This document shows positions 9,164 to 18,386 of a stretch of DNA of 64,000 bases, one piece after another. The stretch is from assembly GCA_944350265.1 (NCBI GenBank), contig CALVOG010000005.1, positions 2,891 to 66,890 of the forward strand. The letters are read 5' to 3'. The position numbers and the translations under genes are program-made. The notes below the pieces were generated by a model, which made no database searches, was not told where the DNA came from, and saw nothing but the letters and a program-made list of their open reading frames with translations. The first letter of the stretch is position 1. Each line of letters starts with the position of its first letter. The stretch comes from an uncultured Clostridia bacterium. GTDB taxonomy: Bacteria; Bacillota; Clostridia; Christensenellales; UBA1242.

Positions 9164-9192
9164 TTGATTATTTTTTTCAATGTTTATATAAT
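9164..9192 (+). promoter_or_regulatory. sigma-A-type promoter for recJ
   Basis: TTGATT, a 17-nt spacer and TATAAT lie 26 nt upstream of the recJ ATG. Confidence 0.5.
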
Positions 9193-9217
9193 ATTATTGA
9201 AAAATAGGTAAAACGGA

Positions 9218-11569
9218 ATGATTTTTAAAAAGTTTTTTAATCAAAATTCCGCGCTTGTGAAAAGCTATGCGGAAAAGTTTAAAGTTTTACCGTCAACAAT
9301 GTATTTGATTTTATCGCGCGGGCTGAAAAGCGAAAAAGAGATTGAAGAATATTTGTCTGTGGGAGCGCTCCTTGACCCATTCCTAATTAGGGGGATGAAA
9401 GAACTTTGTGACAGGGTGCGCCTTGCCAAGGAACTCGGCGATAGGGTGCTTATTTTTGGCGACTATGATGTTGACGGTATCAGCGCCACGGCGATTATGC
9501 TTAAAACGCTTAAATATTTGGGGATTGAAGCCTCTTACTATCTTCCAAATCGCTATGAAGATGGCTATGGTTTATCACGCGAAGTTATCGACAAGATTGA
9601 AAAGAAGTTCTGCCCAGACCTTATCATCACCGTCGACTGTGGAATTTCCTGCTATGACGAGGTGGAGTATTGCAAGAGTAAGGGCATTGACATCATCATC
9701 ACCGACCACCACGAGATACCCGAAAAATTGCCAAACACCCTTGTTTTGAACGCGAAAATTAAGGGACAGGACTATCCATTCACCGAAATTTGCGGAACGG
9801 GAATGGCGTATAAGATAAGCGAGGCGCTTTTGGGGCAAAAAAAGGCGGAGGAATTTTTGCCGATTGCTGCGATTGCAACGATTGCCGATATTGTTTCGCT
9901 GACGGGTGAAAACCGCAACATAGTCAAGCGCGGATTTTTGACCTTTGATAAGTTGCCGATTGGGCTTAAACAACTTTTTAAAGAGAATAAGGTGTCGCTC
10001 TCGAAGCCGTCAGCAAGCGATATCGCCTTCAAAATTGCACCAAAAATCAATTCTGCGGGCAGGATGGGTAAGGCGGAGGATAGTTTGAAACTATACCTAT
10101 GCGAGGATATGGTGGAGATAAGAAGTTATCTTCAAAAAATTGCGCGCCATAATCAGCGTCGGCAGGAACTTTCGGCGCTTATAATGGAGGACGCTGAGAG
10201 GGCAATTAAAAAAATGGACCTTTCAAAAACGCGCGTGATAACGCTGGCTTCTAAGAAATGGGACCAAGGTATTCTCGGCATTGCGTGCGCGCGTCTTGTG
10301 GAGGAATATAACCGCCCAGTCTTTCTCTTTTCGCAAGTGGGCGACGTTCTTCACGGCTCGGGGCGAAGCATAGATGACATCAACATACACGAACTTCTTT
10401 CCTCTATGCAGGATATTTTGGAAACATTCGGCGGGCATACAATGGCGGCGGGGCTGACGCTTAAAAGAAGTAACTATGAGGAATTTTCCAAGCGCGTCAA
10501 CGCTTTTGTTTTTGAGAAGATAAACGACGATGTTTTCATACCAATTAAATATTACGATTTGGACGTGAAACTTGAAGAAATCGACGATAGGTTTTTGAAA
10601 GAACTTGCGCTTTTGGAGCCGTATGGTTGCGGGAATCCAAAACCGAGATTTCGCATAAATGCCGAAAAAATTCAACTTCAACCGATGAAATACTGCCCGC
10701 AACACGCGAATATTAAAATCGGCGACTTGGAACTTGTTTATTTCAATTTTATGAAGAATTTTAACGCGCTCTATTTTTCGAGGTATAAATCTTTCATCTT
10801 TGAATTTCAGGGCGAGGAGAAAAAGGGGAATGTCTCCTATTTCGACCCAGGTTGTTTCATAATTGAAAATGCCAATCTTTACACCGAGCCAGTTAAAATG
10901 GAAGAACTTTACTTTGATAATTCGGGCGATTTAGACTTCACTTACTATCCACAAAACGAACTTTTAAACTTCGTTGTTGGCACCGAAAAAAGCGTTTACG
11001 GCACGGCGTTTGTCACGTTTAATGCCTATGAATTTGTGGCTTTTTCGAAAAATTACTCAAAAGAAAACATCTTTCATATGGGGATTTATGACGAGAATTT
11101 GGTGGGCTATAATTCTCTCCTTTTAGCGCCACGCGGTGTGGAATGGGCAAAGAATTTCGATAAAATTATCTTCCTCTCAAAGGTGCTTGACAGCGCATAT
11201 TTAAGCGCCATAAAAAAGGTTTCAAAGGCGGAAATTTACCTTCCAATCGAAGATAAGGAAGAGAAAAATAGGTTTAAAAACCTCAGTCTCTCCAGGGAGA
11301 GTTTTGGGAAAGTTTTCAAGGCGCTCACCGCAAGAAGTGGGCAAAAATTCTATTCGCCCGTTGATTTTTATGAGGCGCGCTTAAAGGGAAAAGTGACATT
11401 TGACACCTTTTATTCGGCTTATTTAACCTTTTTGGAACTAGGGCTTATTAAGAAGGACGAAGGAGGATATTTTTCTCACACGGAGGTTAAAAATCTCAAA
11501 AAATCGCTCCAATCTTCTAAATTTTACAATAAACTCCAATTACTTGTTGCAGTAGAGCGAAAAAGTTGA
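9218..11569 (+). CDS. recJ: single-stranded-DNA-specific exonuclease RecJ
   Basis: DHH family motifs are present: IFGDYDVDGISA, DCGIS and ITDHHE. A DHHA1-type GGH..AAG region (FGGHTMAAGLT) is also present. The product is 783 aa. Confidence 0.9.
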   Translation: MIFKKFFNQNSALVKSYAEKFKVLPSTMYLILSRGLKSEKEIEEYLSVGALLDPFLIRGMKELCDRVRLAKELGDRVLIFGDYDVDGISATAIMLKTLKYLGIEASYYLPNRYEDGYGLSREVIDKIEKKFCPDLIITVDCGISCYDEVEYCKSKGIDIIITDHHEIPEKLPNTLVLNAKIKGQDYPFTEICGTGMAYKISEALLGQKKAEEFLPIAAIATIADIVSLTGENRNIVKRGFLTFDKLPIGLKQLFKENKVSLSKPSASDIAFKIAPKINSAGRMGKAEDSLKLYLCEDMVEIRSYLQKIARHNQRRQELSALIMEDAERAIKKMDLSKTRVITLASKKWDQGILGIACARLVEEYNRPVFLFSQVGDVLHGSGRSIDDINIHELLSSMQDILETFGGHTMAAGLTLKRSNYEEFSKRVNAFVFEKINDDVFIPIKYYDLDVKLEEIDDRFLKELALLEPYGCGNPKPRFRINAEKIQLQPMKYCPQHANIKIGDLELVYFNFMKNFNALYFSRYKSFIFEFQGEEKKGNVSYFDPGCFIIENANLYTEPVKMEELYFDNSGDLDFTYYPQNELLNFVVGTEKSVYGTAFVTFNAYEFVAFSKNYSKENIFHMGIYDENLVGYNSLLLAPRGVEWAKNFDKIIFLSKVLDSAYLSAIKKVSKAEIYLPIEDKEEKNRFKNLSLSRESFGKVFKALTARSGQKFYSPVDFYEARLKGKVTFDTFYSAYLTFLELGLIKKDEGGYFSHTEVKNLKKSLQSSKFYNKLQLLVAVERKS

Positions 11570-11594
11570 CAAACATATCCAAATGATATATAAT
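11566..11594 (+). promoter_or_regulatory. consensus sigma-A promoter for rel
   Basis: TTGACA, a 17-nt spacer and TATAAT are present. The -35 box overlaps the recJ stop codon. Confidence 0.6.
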
Positions 11595-11735
11595 TTGATT
11601 GACAAAGGATGAAATGACGCTGTTTTGTTTATGAATTTTGTTTGTTCACAAAAAGCGTTGGTGTTTTAATGGAAATTTTTTTGCACTTATCACATTTCAC
11701 ACGTTTTCAAAAATATATATATTTTGGAGTTAAAT

Positions 11736-13817
11736 ATGAAACAAGAAGTTATCGACAATATAAAGAAAAATTTTAAGTTATCGTTGCACGAAAATAAGTT
11801 AATAAACCAAATTGTGGTGGAGGAAATTGACCTATTAAGGCTTAACCACGTCATTGATGTTATGGCGGAATACCATATGCAAAACGAGGTTTTGATGGCA
11901 TATCTTCTCTTTCAATTCTATAAGGTGAGAGAGGAAGAGGCGACGGCGCTGGTTAAAGAACTCACTTCGTCACAGCAAAAACTTTACGAAACTTTCAAAC
12001 TTTTAAGAAATGTCAACACCATTTCTAAAAGTGGTGAGGCGGAAGATATCAAGCGTATGTTTGTGGCAATTTGCCAAGATATGCGCGTTGTTATCATAAA
12101 GTTCGCAACAATCGACTATGACCTTGACAAAATCACACTGCCAATGAATGACGAAACCAAGAAATTCGTTAAAATGGTGGCGGAGATTTTTTCACCGCTT
12201 GCTGAAAGTTTGGGACTTAGTAGGTTTAAGTCCTCATTCGAAGAGAACACTTTTAAACTTTTGGAGCCAAAGGCGTATAACGAACTCAAAGACAATGCGC
12301 TTATGAAAACCGACGACAATATGCGACAAATGCAAATTGTGGAAAGGAAATTGCAAAAAATCTTGGCTGAACTTGGCGTTGAAGGTGAAATTCAAAAGCG
12401 ACAAAAGCACTTCTATAGCGTTTATAAAAAAATCAAAATGAAAAACATCACCCTCGGCAAGGTTTATGACCTTCTTGCTATGCGTGTTTTGGTGCCGACG
12501 GTGGAAGATTGCTATTCGGTGCTTGGGAAAATTCACGCAATTTATCGGCCGATACCTGAGCGCGTGAAAGATTACATTGCGAGCCCCAAGCCGAATGGCT
12601 ACCAAAGTTTGCACACCACCATTATTGCCGATAACAACAGACCGCTGGAAATTCAAATAAGAACCTTTCAAATGCACAGGCACGCTGAGTATGGTATTGC
12701 GGCGCACTGGATTTATAAAGAGCGCCGAAAAAGCAATAAGTTCGACGCCAAATTTGCGCGTTTTAAAGAGATACTTGAACATTCCGACGAACTTCCACCA
12801 GAGGAATTTTTGGAAACCTTAAAAAGCGACCTCTACGGCGAAAGTATCTTTGTGCAGACGCCGAAGGGAAAGGTTTTGGAGCTTCCTGTTCATTCCACCA
12901 TCATCGACTTTGCCTATGCCATTCACAGTGAAATTGGAAATAAGTGCGTGGGCGGAAAGATTAATGGCAAACTATTTCCTATCGTAACCGAACTTAAAAA
13001 CGGCGACACGGTGGAAATTATCACCAACCAAAACAGCAAGGGACCGTCGAGAGATTGGCTTAAACATATTAAAACCTCTTCGGCGCGCAGTAAGATTCGT
13101 GCATTTTTCAAAAGTGAATTTAAAGAAGAGAACACGCGAATTGGCAAAAATATCTTCGAACAAGCGCTAAAAAGCAAAAATTTGGTGGTCTCAAAGGCGG
13201 AAAAGGAAAAGTATTTAAGCGATATTGCCTCTTCGTTTATGATGGAAACGCCAGAGATGCTCTTTGCGGAAATCGGCGGAGGCACGCTTTCGGTGACATC
13301 GGTTATCGGTCGCTTTGTTAATTTGTATGTTAAAGAAAAGGCGAAAACTGTCACCGAAGAAAAGGTTATCGAGGTAAAGAAGAACAAGGACGGCGTTCTA
13401 ATCGATGGCGACAGTGGGCTTCTTATTCGCTACGCTGGATGCTGTTCGCCGGTTATGGGTGATGAGATTGTGGGGTATATTTCGCGCGGGCGCGGTGTGA
13501 CCATCCATCGTATGGAATGCCCAAACCTCAAATACTTAGAAAAAGAGCGCTTGATTTCGGCAAAATGGGAGCAAAATGCCGGCTCGAAGTTTTTGGCTGT
13601 TATTAAGGTTGTCTCTTCAAGCGAAAAGGCGGGCGATTACATAAACAATGTGGCAAGAAACTTAAAGTTGAACCTGAAAGGTTTTTCATATAAGAAGGTG
13701 AAGGATGAAATTGTGTTTGATATTGCGCTTGAAGTTGGCGACAAGAGCGAAATCGACAGCGCAATTCGAACCTTTGAAAGTGTGAAGGGCGTTGAGAAGG
13801 TGTTTAGGAGTGAGTGA
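11736..13817 (+). CDS. rel: long RelA/SpoT homologue; (p)ppGpp synthetase with an apparently degenerate hydrolase domain
   Basis: GGAG lies 6 nt upstream of the ATG at 11736. Synthetase motifs are intact: RQKHFYSVYKKIKMK, DLLAMRVLV, PKPNGYQSLHTT and EIQIRTFQMHRHAEYGIAAHWIYKE. TGS and ACT-type C-terminal regions are present. The HD-domain signature residues were not found. Confidence 0.85.
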   Translation: MKQEVIDNIKKNFKLSLHENKLINQIVVEEIDLLRLNHVIDVMAEYHMQNEVLMAYLLFQFYKVREEEATALVKELTSSQQKLYETFKLLRNVNTISKSGEAEDIKRMFVAICQDMRVVIIKFATIDYDLDKITLPMNDETKKFVKMVAEIFSPLAESLGLSRFKSSFEENTFKLLEPKAYNELKDNALMKTDDNMRQMQIVERKLQKILAELGVEGEIQKRQKHFYSVYKKIKMKNITLGKVYDLLAMRVLVPTVEDCYSVLGKIHAIYRPIPERVKDYIASPKPNGYQSLHTTIIADNNRPLEIQIRTFQMHRHAEYGIAAHWIYKERRKSNKFDAKFARFKEILEHSDELPPEEFLETLKSDLYGESIFVQTPKGKVLELPVHSTIIDFAYAIHSEIGNKCVGGKINGKLFPIVTELKNGDTVEIITNQNSKGPSRDWLKHIKTSSARSKIRAFFKSEFKEENTRIGKNIFEQALKSKNLVVSKAEKEKYLSDIASSFMMETPEMLFAEIGGGTLSVTSVIGRFVNLYVKEKAKTVTEEKVIEVKKNKDGVLIDGDSGLLIRYAGCCSPVMGDEIVGYISRGRGVTIHRMECPNLKYLEKERLISAKWEQNAGSKFLAVIKVVSSSEKAGDYINNVARNLKLNLKGFSYKKVKDEIVFDIALEVGDKSEIDSAIRTFESVKGVEKVFRSE

Positions 13818-15226
13818 TGAGAGTTTTTTGTGAGAGTAAGGATTTTCAAAATGATATGCAGGACCTTGCCAATTTTTTCGACCCGGACGAGTCGATTGCC
13901 TTTAACATTCACCACAGCGACCGAACTCTCGACAGCACGCTGACAAGCAAAATTATGCTCGAAAACAATGGCGATGTGAAGGAATATGTTAAATTTTTCA
14001 CCATACCCGTTGGGCTGAGCGCGTTGAGAGAAAAAAGCGTGAAAAAAAGTTTTTTTAAAAATCATCTTTACCTCGTTTTATCGGCGGTGCTTAAAAAATC
14101 ATTGCCGTGGGGGTCGCTGACAGGCGTTCGCCCTTGCAAATTTATGCGCGAAATGGTGGAGCGCGGTGAGGTTAAAGAGCATATCGTGCCAGAAGTTTTG
14201 ATGAAAGAGTTTTTTGTCAGTGAGGACAAGGCAAAGTTGGTGTATGAGATAATGAAACACCAAAAGTGCATAATAAAAAATGATAAGTTGGTCGACCTTT
14301 TCATTAATATTCCAATTTGTCCAACTAGGTGTAACTACTGCTCTTTCATCTCAAATGAGTTATGTAAAATCGCTGGCAAGGTGGATGTTTACCTCGATTG
14401 CCTTTTGAAGGAACTTAAAGCCGTGAAAAATCTTATCGCCGATAAGTCATACATTGTGCGCACGATATACATAGGCGGAGGAACGCCAACAGTCCTCACC
14501 GCAAAACAATTAGACCGACTTTTGGGCGAGATAAACTATCCCGTTTCGGAATTCACCGTTGAGTGCGGGCGCGCGGACACGATTACGCGTGAAAAGTTGG
14601 AGGTTTTAAAGAGACACAACGTCAACAGGATTTCCATAAATCCTCAAACTTTTTGCGAGTCAACACTTAAGCGCATCGGCAGAAAGCAGACGAATAAGCA
14701 AATTTTCGACGCGTATATGCTGGCAATGGAATTTGGATTTATTGTGAATATGGATATGATTGCAGGGCTTCCGGGTGAGAAGTTAGGGATATTTAAGCGC
14801 TCTATAAACACCCTTTTGGAGTTGTCGCCAGAAAATATCACCGTTCACACTCTCACCATAAAAAATGGCGCAAGTTTGAAGGAGGATAGGTCGCAAGTTG
14901 CTGAAAAGGACGTGCCGAAAATGGTGGATTATGCTGAAAAAGTCCTTCAACAAAACGGGTATAAGCCGTATTATATCTATCGCCAAAAACACCAAATTGG
15001 CGGGCTGGAAAATGTGGGATATTTCCGCGATGGGCATATTTGCATTTTCAATATCGACAGTATGGAGGATGTTTCGTCGGTTATCGGCGTCGGCGCGGGC
15101 GCGATAAGTAAGCGGGTGTTCAATTTGGAAAATCGTTTGGAACGAGAGCCAAATTGCAAGTTTATTGAAGATTATATTTCGCGTATCGACGAGATGGTGG
15201 AAAAGAAGGTGAAATTTTTTTCTTAG
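13814..15226 (+). CDS. hemZ: radical SAM coproporphyrinogen dehydrogenase-like protein (HemZ/HemN family)
   Basis: It has the CPTRCNYCSF radical-SAM cluster motif and IYIGGGTPT. A roughly 150-aa N-terminal extension is typical of HemZ. Its start (GTG 13814 or ATG 13817) overlaps the rel stop. Confidence 0.65.
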   Translation: MMRVFCESKDFQNDMQDLANFFDPDESIAFNIHHSDRTLDSTLTSKIMLENNGDVKEYVKFFTIPVGLSALREKSVKKSFFKNHLYLVLSAVLKKSLPWGSLTGVRPCKFMREMVERGEVKEHIVPEVLMKEFFVSEDKAKLVYEIMKHQKCIIKNDKLVDLFINIPICPTRCNYCSFISNELCKIAGKVDVYLDCLLKELKAVKNLIADKSYIVRTIYIGGGTPTVLTAKQLDRLLGEINYPVSEFTVECGRADTITREKLEVLKRHNVNRISINPQTFCESTLKRIGRKQTNKQIFDAYMLAMEFGFIVNMDMIAGLPGEKLGIFKRSINTLLELSPENITVHTLTIKNGASLKEDRSQVAEKDVPKMVDYAEKVLQQNGYKPYYIYRQKHQIGGLENVGYFRDGHICIFNIDSMEDVSSVIGVGAGAISKRVFNLENRLEREPNCKFIEDYISRIDEMVEKKVKFFS

Positions 15227-15460
15227 TTACCGTTCGCCGTTGCCTTGTTTGTCATTAAATATAATATCGATGAGTGGGCGCAGGCAAGGCGCACGTTTGT
15301 CATTCTAAGCAAGGAGGGTAGCGACGCCACCGACGAGATTCTTCGGCGTTGCCTCAGAATGACAAGCAAGCCAATCGTCCTTGAGGAATAAGTGTAGTGA
15401 TGGGCTTGCCTCAGAATGACAAATAGGCTGACAGTCCTAATGGTATGGGAGGGGTGTTAA
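15227..15460. repeat. cluster of interspersed hairpin-core repeats (family A)
   Basis: It contains TTTGTCATTCTAAGCAAGGAG...GACGAGATTCTTCGGCGTTGCCTCAGAATGACAAGC and a second ...GCCTCAGAATGACAAATAGGCTGACAGTCCTAATGGTA. The same cores recur at about 19.4, 47.4, 55.1 and 60.1 kb. Confidence 0.85.
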
Positions 15461-15522
15461 ACTTTTTGATGGAATAAAAAATGCGAAAATAATCAAAAAA
15501 ACGCGTTTTTTTTGCGAAAAAA

Positions 15523-16251
15523 TCAAATTATTTCCTCTTTTAGAAGTTTTTTCTTGATTTTACTTAATATTTTCTTTTCAATGCGCGAAATGTAACTTTG
15601 GCTAATTCCCATAATGTCGGCAACTTCTTTTTGCGTTTTTTCCTCTTTGCCGTCAAGCCCAAAGCGGTATATCATAATTTTTTGCTCGCGTATGTCGAGT
15701 TTTCTTATGACGCTGAAAAGAATTTGTTTGTCGGCGCTCATCTCCACACCTTTTGAAACCACGTCCTCGTCAACAGGGATGATGTCGGCAAGTAAAAGTT
15801 CGTTGCCCTCACCGTCCGCCGAGAGCGGTTCGTCCAAACTCACCTCATTTTTGAGGCGGGTGTTTTTTCTTAATTGCATCAATATTTCATTTTCAATACA
15901 GCGACTTGCGTAGGTTGCCAGTTTAATATTTTTGTCGAGGCTGTAAGTTTTGACCGCTTTAATAAGCCCAATCGCGCCGATTGAAATTAGGTCATCAAGT
16001 TCCAACCCGCTGTTTTCAAACTTTTTTGCGATATACACCACAAGACGGATGTTATGCTCGATGAGTTTATCGCGAGCCTGACTGTTTCCTCGCGCAATTT
16101 CTTCCAAAAGCATCAACTCTTCTTGCGAGTCGAGAGGTTCTGGCAGAGATTCCTTTCCGCTTATATAGTGGATAAAATTCTTCGCTTTTTTTCGGTAAAT
16201 TTTGTTGAAATGTTTATAAAAGAATAATTTGATTTTCAAAAATAATTTCAT
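15523..16251 (-). CDS. sigE: RNA polymerase sporulation sigma factor SigE (pro-sigma-E)
   Basis: It matches B. subtilis SigE closely: LPEPL, IEHNIRLVVYIAKKFENSGLELDDLISIGAIGLIKAV, KLATYASRCIENEILM and KTQKEVADIMGISQSYISRIEKK. It has a hydrophobic/basic N-terminal pro-sequence and lies directly downstream of spoIIGA. GGAGG lies 5 nt before the ATG at 16251, so the track start at 16281 is a GTG containing the RBS. Confidence 0.9.
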   Translation of the reverse strand: MKLFLKIKLFFYKHFNKIYRKKAKNFIHYISGKESLPEPLDSQEELMLLEEIARGNSQARDKLIEHNIRLVVYIAKKFENSGLELDDLISIGAIGLIKAVKTYSLDKNIKLATYASRCIENEILMQLRKNTRLKNEVSLDEPLSADGEGNELLLADIIPVDEDVVSKGVEMSADKQILFSVIRKLDIREQKIMIYRFGLDGKEEKTQKEVADIMGISQSYISRIEKKILSKIKKKLLKEEII

Positions 16252-16270
16252 AAAAACCTCCAATTTTGTT

Positions 16271-16345
16271 AAAAAATACACTTTTTTTGCATTTTTTATC
16301 GAATTTTTGCTGTTTTTTTGCGTTTTTGCATTTTTTAATATTTTT
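16271..16345. repeat. phased T/A-tract array in the spoIIGA-sigE spacer
   Basis: Seven T5-T7 tracts are centred roughly every 9-11 bp. On the coding strand this reads as repeated GCAAAAA units. Confidence 0.8.
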
Positions 16346-17133
16346 CACACATAGGCGCCGTTTAAAATCATTTCGTATGAGGGGAAATTTTTGAAGGATA
16401 GCGCCAAAATTGCCTTTTCGTTTTCTTTGCCGTCGATGGATATTTTGTCGATTTCAAACGCCAAGACTTCCTCACTTTTTGCCACTGTGTCGAGTGAGAT
16501 ATAATGCCCAAGTTTGAAATTTTTGACGTCGACATTTTTCGTTAGAAGGTTCATAAGGCAGTTTTCGCCAAAAATTTCTTTGAAAAGTTTAAGCCCGATG
16601 ATGGATACGGGGCGTTCGGTGAGCGGGTCCACAAGTAAGTTGCCGGTGTCTAAAAAACCTTTGCACGTAATCTTTTTCTCGTCCACTTCGATTGTGACAT
16701 CGCAGCAAACTTTTTGCACCATTCGCCTTTTTGTTAAAAAGTTTAAAAGTTTTTTAAGGACAAAGTAAGAGAGAGTTATTGATAAAATTAAGAAGATTAC
16801 TGATAGTTCGCCAAAGGTTTGGGTGAGGAAAGTGGCAACTCCGCCATAGATAAATGTTGAAAAGAGGAAGACAAAAAATATTTTTACAAATGATAGTAGG
16901 GAGGAAAATTTGAAAACGATTGAGGTTAAAAGCGCGCCAAAAAGTATCTTCACAAAAAATGAGGGGATGCTTGTTAGGTGGAATAATGGAAGTATGAGTG
17001 CGAAAATTGACGCCAAAAATGACGCAAAAATGATAAATTTTCCTTTAATTTTTAACACATTTTCGGTGGTTTTAAATATGAGAGTGTCTAAAAGTAGATT
17101 TTCAATAAGCACATATTCAACAACAATTTCCAT
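16345..17133 (-). CDS. spoIIGA: sigma-E processing peptidase SpoIIGA
   Basis: The N-terminal half is polytopic. The C-terminal domain has the aspartic-protease motif GFLDTGNLLVDPLT. GGAGGG lies upstream of the ATG and sigE lies immediately downstream. Confidence 0.85.
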   Translation of the reverse strand: MEIVVEYVLIENLLLDTLIFKTTENVLKIKGKFIIFASFLASIFALILPLFHLTSIPSFFVKILFGALLTSIVFKFSSLLSFVKIFFVFLFSTFIYGGVATFLTQTFGELSVIFLILSITLSYFVLKKLLNFLTKRRMVQKVCCDVTIEVDEKKITCKGFLDTGNLLVDPLTERPVSIIGLKLFKEIFGENCLMNLLTKNVDVKNFKLGHYISLDTVAKSEEVLAFEIDKISIDGKENEKAILALSFKNFPSYEMILNGAYV

Positions 17134-17709
17134 TTTCCCTCCTTTATGAAATGTTTTTTATGTGGTTAGGAAGTGTAAAAAACGCGCACAAGGTGTTTGA
17201 TAATCTTTTGAATTTTTTAGGTGACTATGAAGTGGTCTTTAAATCAATTTGAAACAATCACGCCTTTTTTGAAATATTCTTTTAAGTGGGCAATGTGAAT
17301 ATAGCAAGTAAATTAAATTGCGGTTTTTTATTTGCGATAAACTTTTTAAGATTCTACTTTGATGTGTTGAAGTTTTATCGCTACACACTTAATATTAAAG
17401 CAATTCGCGCTCGTATCCTAGAAGAAAAACGGTAGAAAACTGAGTTTTTGCATTCTTTTTGTCGAAGGTGTATGTCTAGCGGATTTTGGATATAAAAACA
17501 TAAAATTGCGTAGATGAATAGGACGCAATCTGTTGATGTTTTAGGGAAGAACAAAAAAATAAAAAAGTTGCAAAAAAGAAGATGGGGTTAAAAAAAGCTG
17601 AAAAAATAGTTTTTTAGAGAAAAATTGTTTTTAACTCAAATGTTTGACTGACATTTTTAATTTAATGAGTTGTAACTAATTTTTACTTAGGGTAAGATAA
17701 TAAATTGGT

Positions 17710-17738
17710 TTGACAAGTTTGTGCGAGGGTGTTATAAT
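17710..17738 (+). promoter_or_regulatory. consensus sigma-A promoter
   Basis: TTGACA, a 17-nt spacer and TATAAT lie upstream of the DUF1858 gene. Confidence 0.6.
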
Positions 17739-17761
17739 AGGGCGTATTTATGGAGGCAAAA

Positions 17762-17992
17762 ATGAAGAAAAATGAGCAAAAAACTGAAAAGGTTGTGATT
17801 AATAAGGATATGACCATCGGCGAGGTGCTGGCGCTTGACGAGAATTTGGCGGATGTGTTTATGGGTTTTGGTATGCACTGCATCTCTTGCCCTGTCAGTC
17901 AAATGGAATCAGTCGAGGAGGCGTGTTTGGTGCACGGCTTAGACTGTGATTTTGTGCTTAAAAAACTCAATGAAAATGTGAAGAAAAAGTGA
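17762..17992 (+). CDS. DUF1858-type small redox/disulfide protein (hybrid-cluster-protein-associated family)
   Basis: The translation MTIGEVLALDENLADVFMGFGMHCISCPVSQMESVEEACLVHGLDCDFVLKKLN shows the typical CxxC small-protein pattern. GGAGG at 17752-17756 favours the ATG at 17762 over 17750. Confidence 0.7.
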   Translation: MKKNEQKTEKVVINKDMTIGEVLALDENLADVFMGFGMHCISCPVSQMESVEEACLVHGLDCDFVLKKLNENVKKK

Positions 17993-18386
17993 ATGAGGTT
18001 TGGCGCCAAAAGTGATGTCGGCGTTTTTAAGCCGGGCTTAAAATAAGACATATTTTTGAGAAAAATGTAATTTTGAGAAAATAATGGTTTTTGTCATAAG
18101 ATTATGGAATGATGTCGCTTTGCGACGGAAAAAGTAAGACCGTCGTCTTAATTAAAAAATATTTTGGAAAAAATTGATAAAATAGCATTATTTTAAGTAA
18201 AAAAATAAGAAAATAATAAAGATAAAGGAGTTTTTTACTAATCCGTAGGATTAAACCAAAACTCTTTTTTTTGCAAAAAGTGTCTAATTTTGTATGATTA
18301 GTCTAAACAATTTTTTGTTGCATATTTTGGTAGTGTTAGGTGAAAATTTTTAAAATATACCTATTAGATTTTCGCGTTTTTGTGAG

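Noticed and set aside
17460-17466. A single perfect 0A box (TGTCGAA) in the spoIIGA upstream region, as the expected Spo0A activation site. A single TTCGACA at 57060-57066 was also noted.
   Set aside because: The first lies about 330 bp from the spoIIGA start, and I could not identify a matching promoter with the characteristic long spacer nearby. Isolated 7-mers are expected by chance, so they are not reported as sites.
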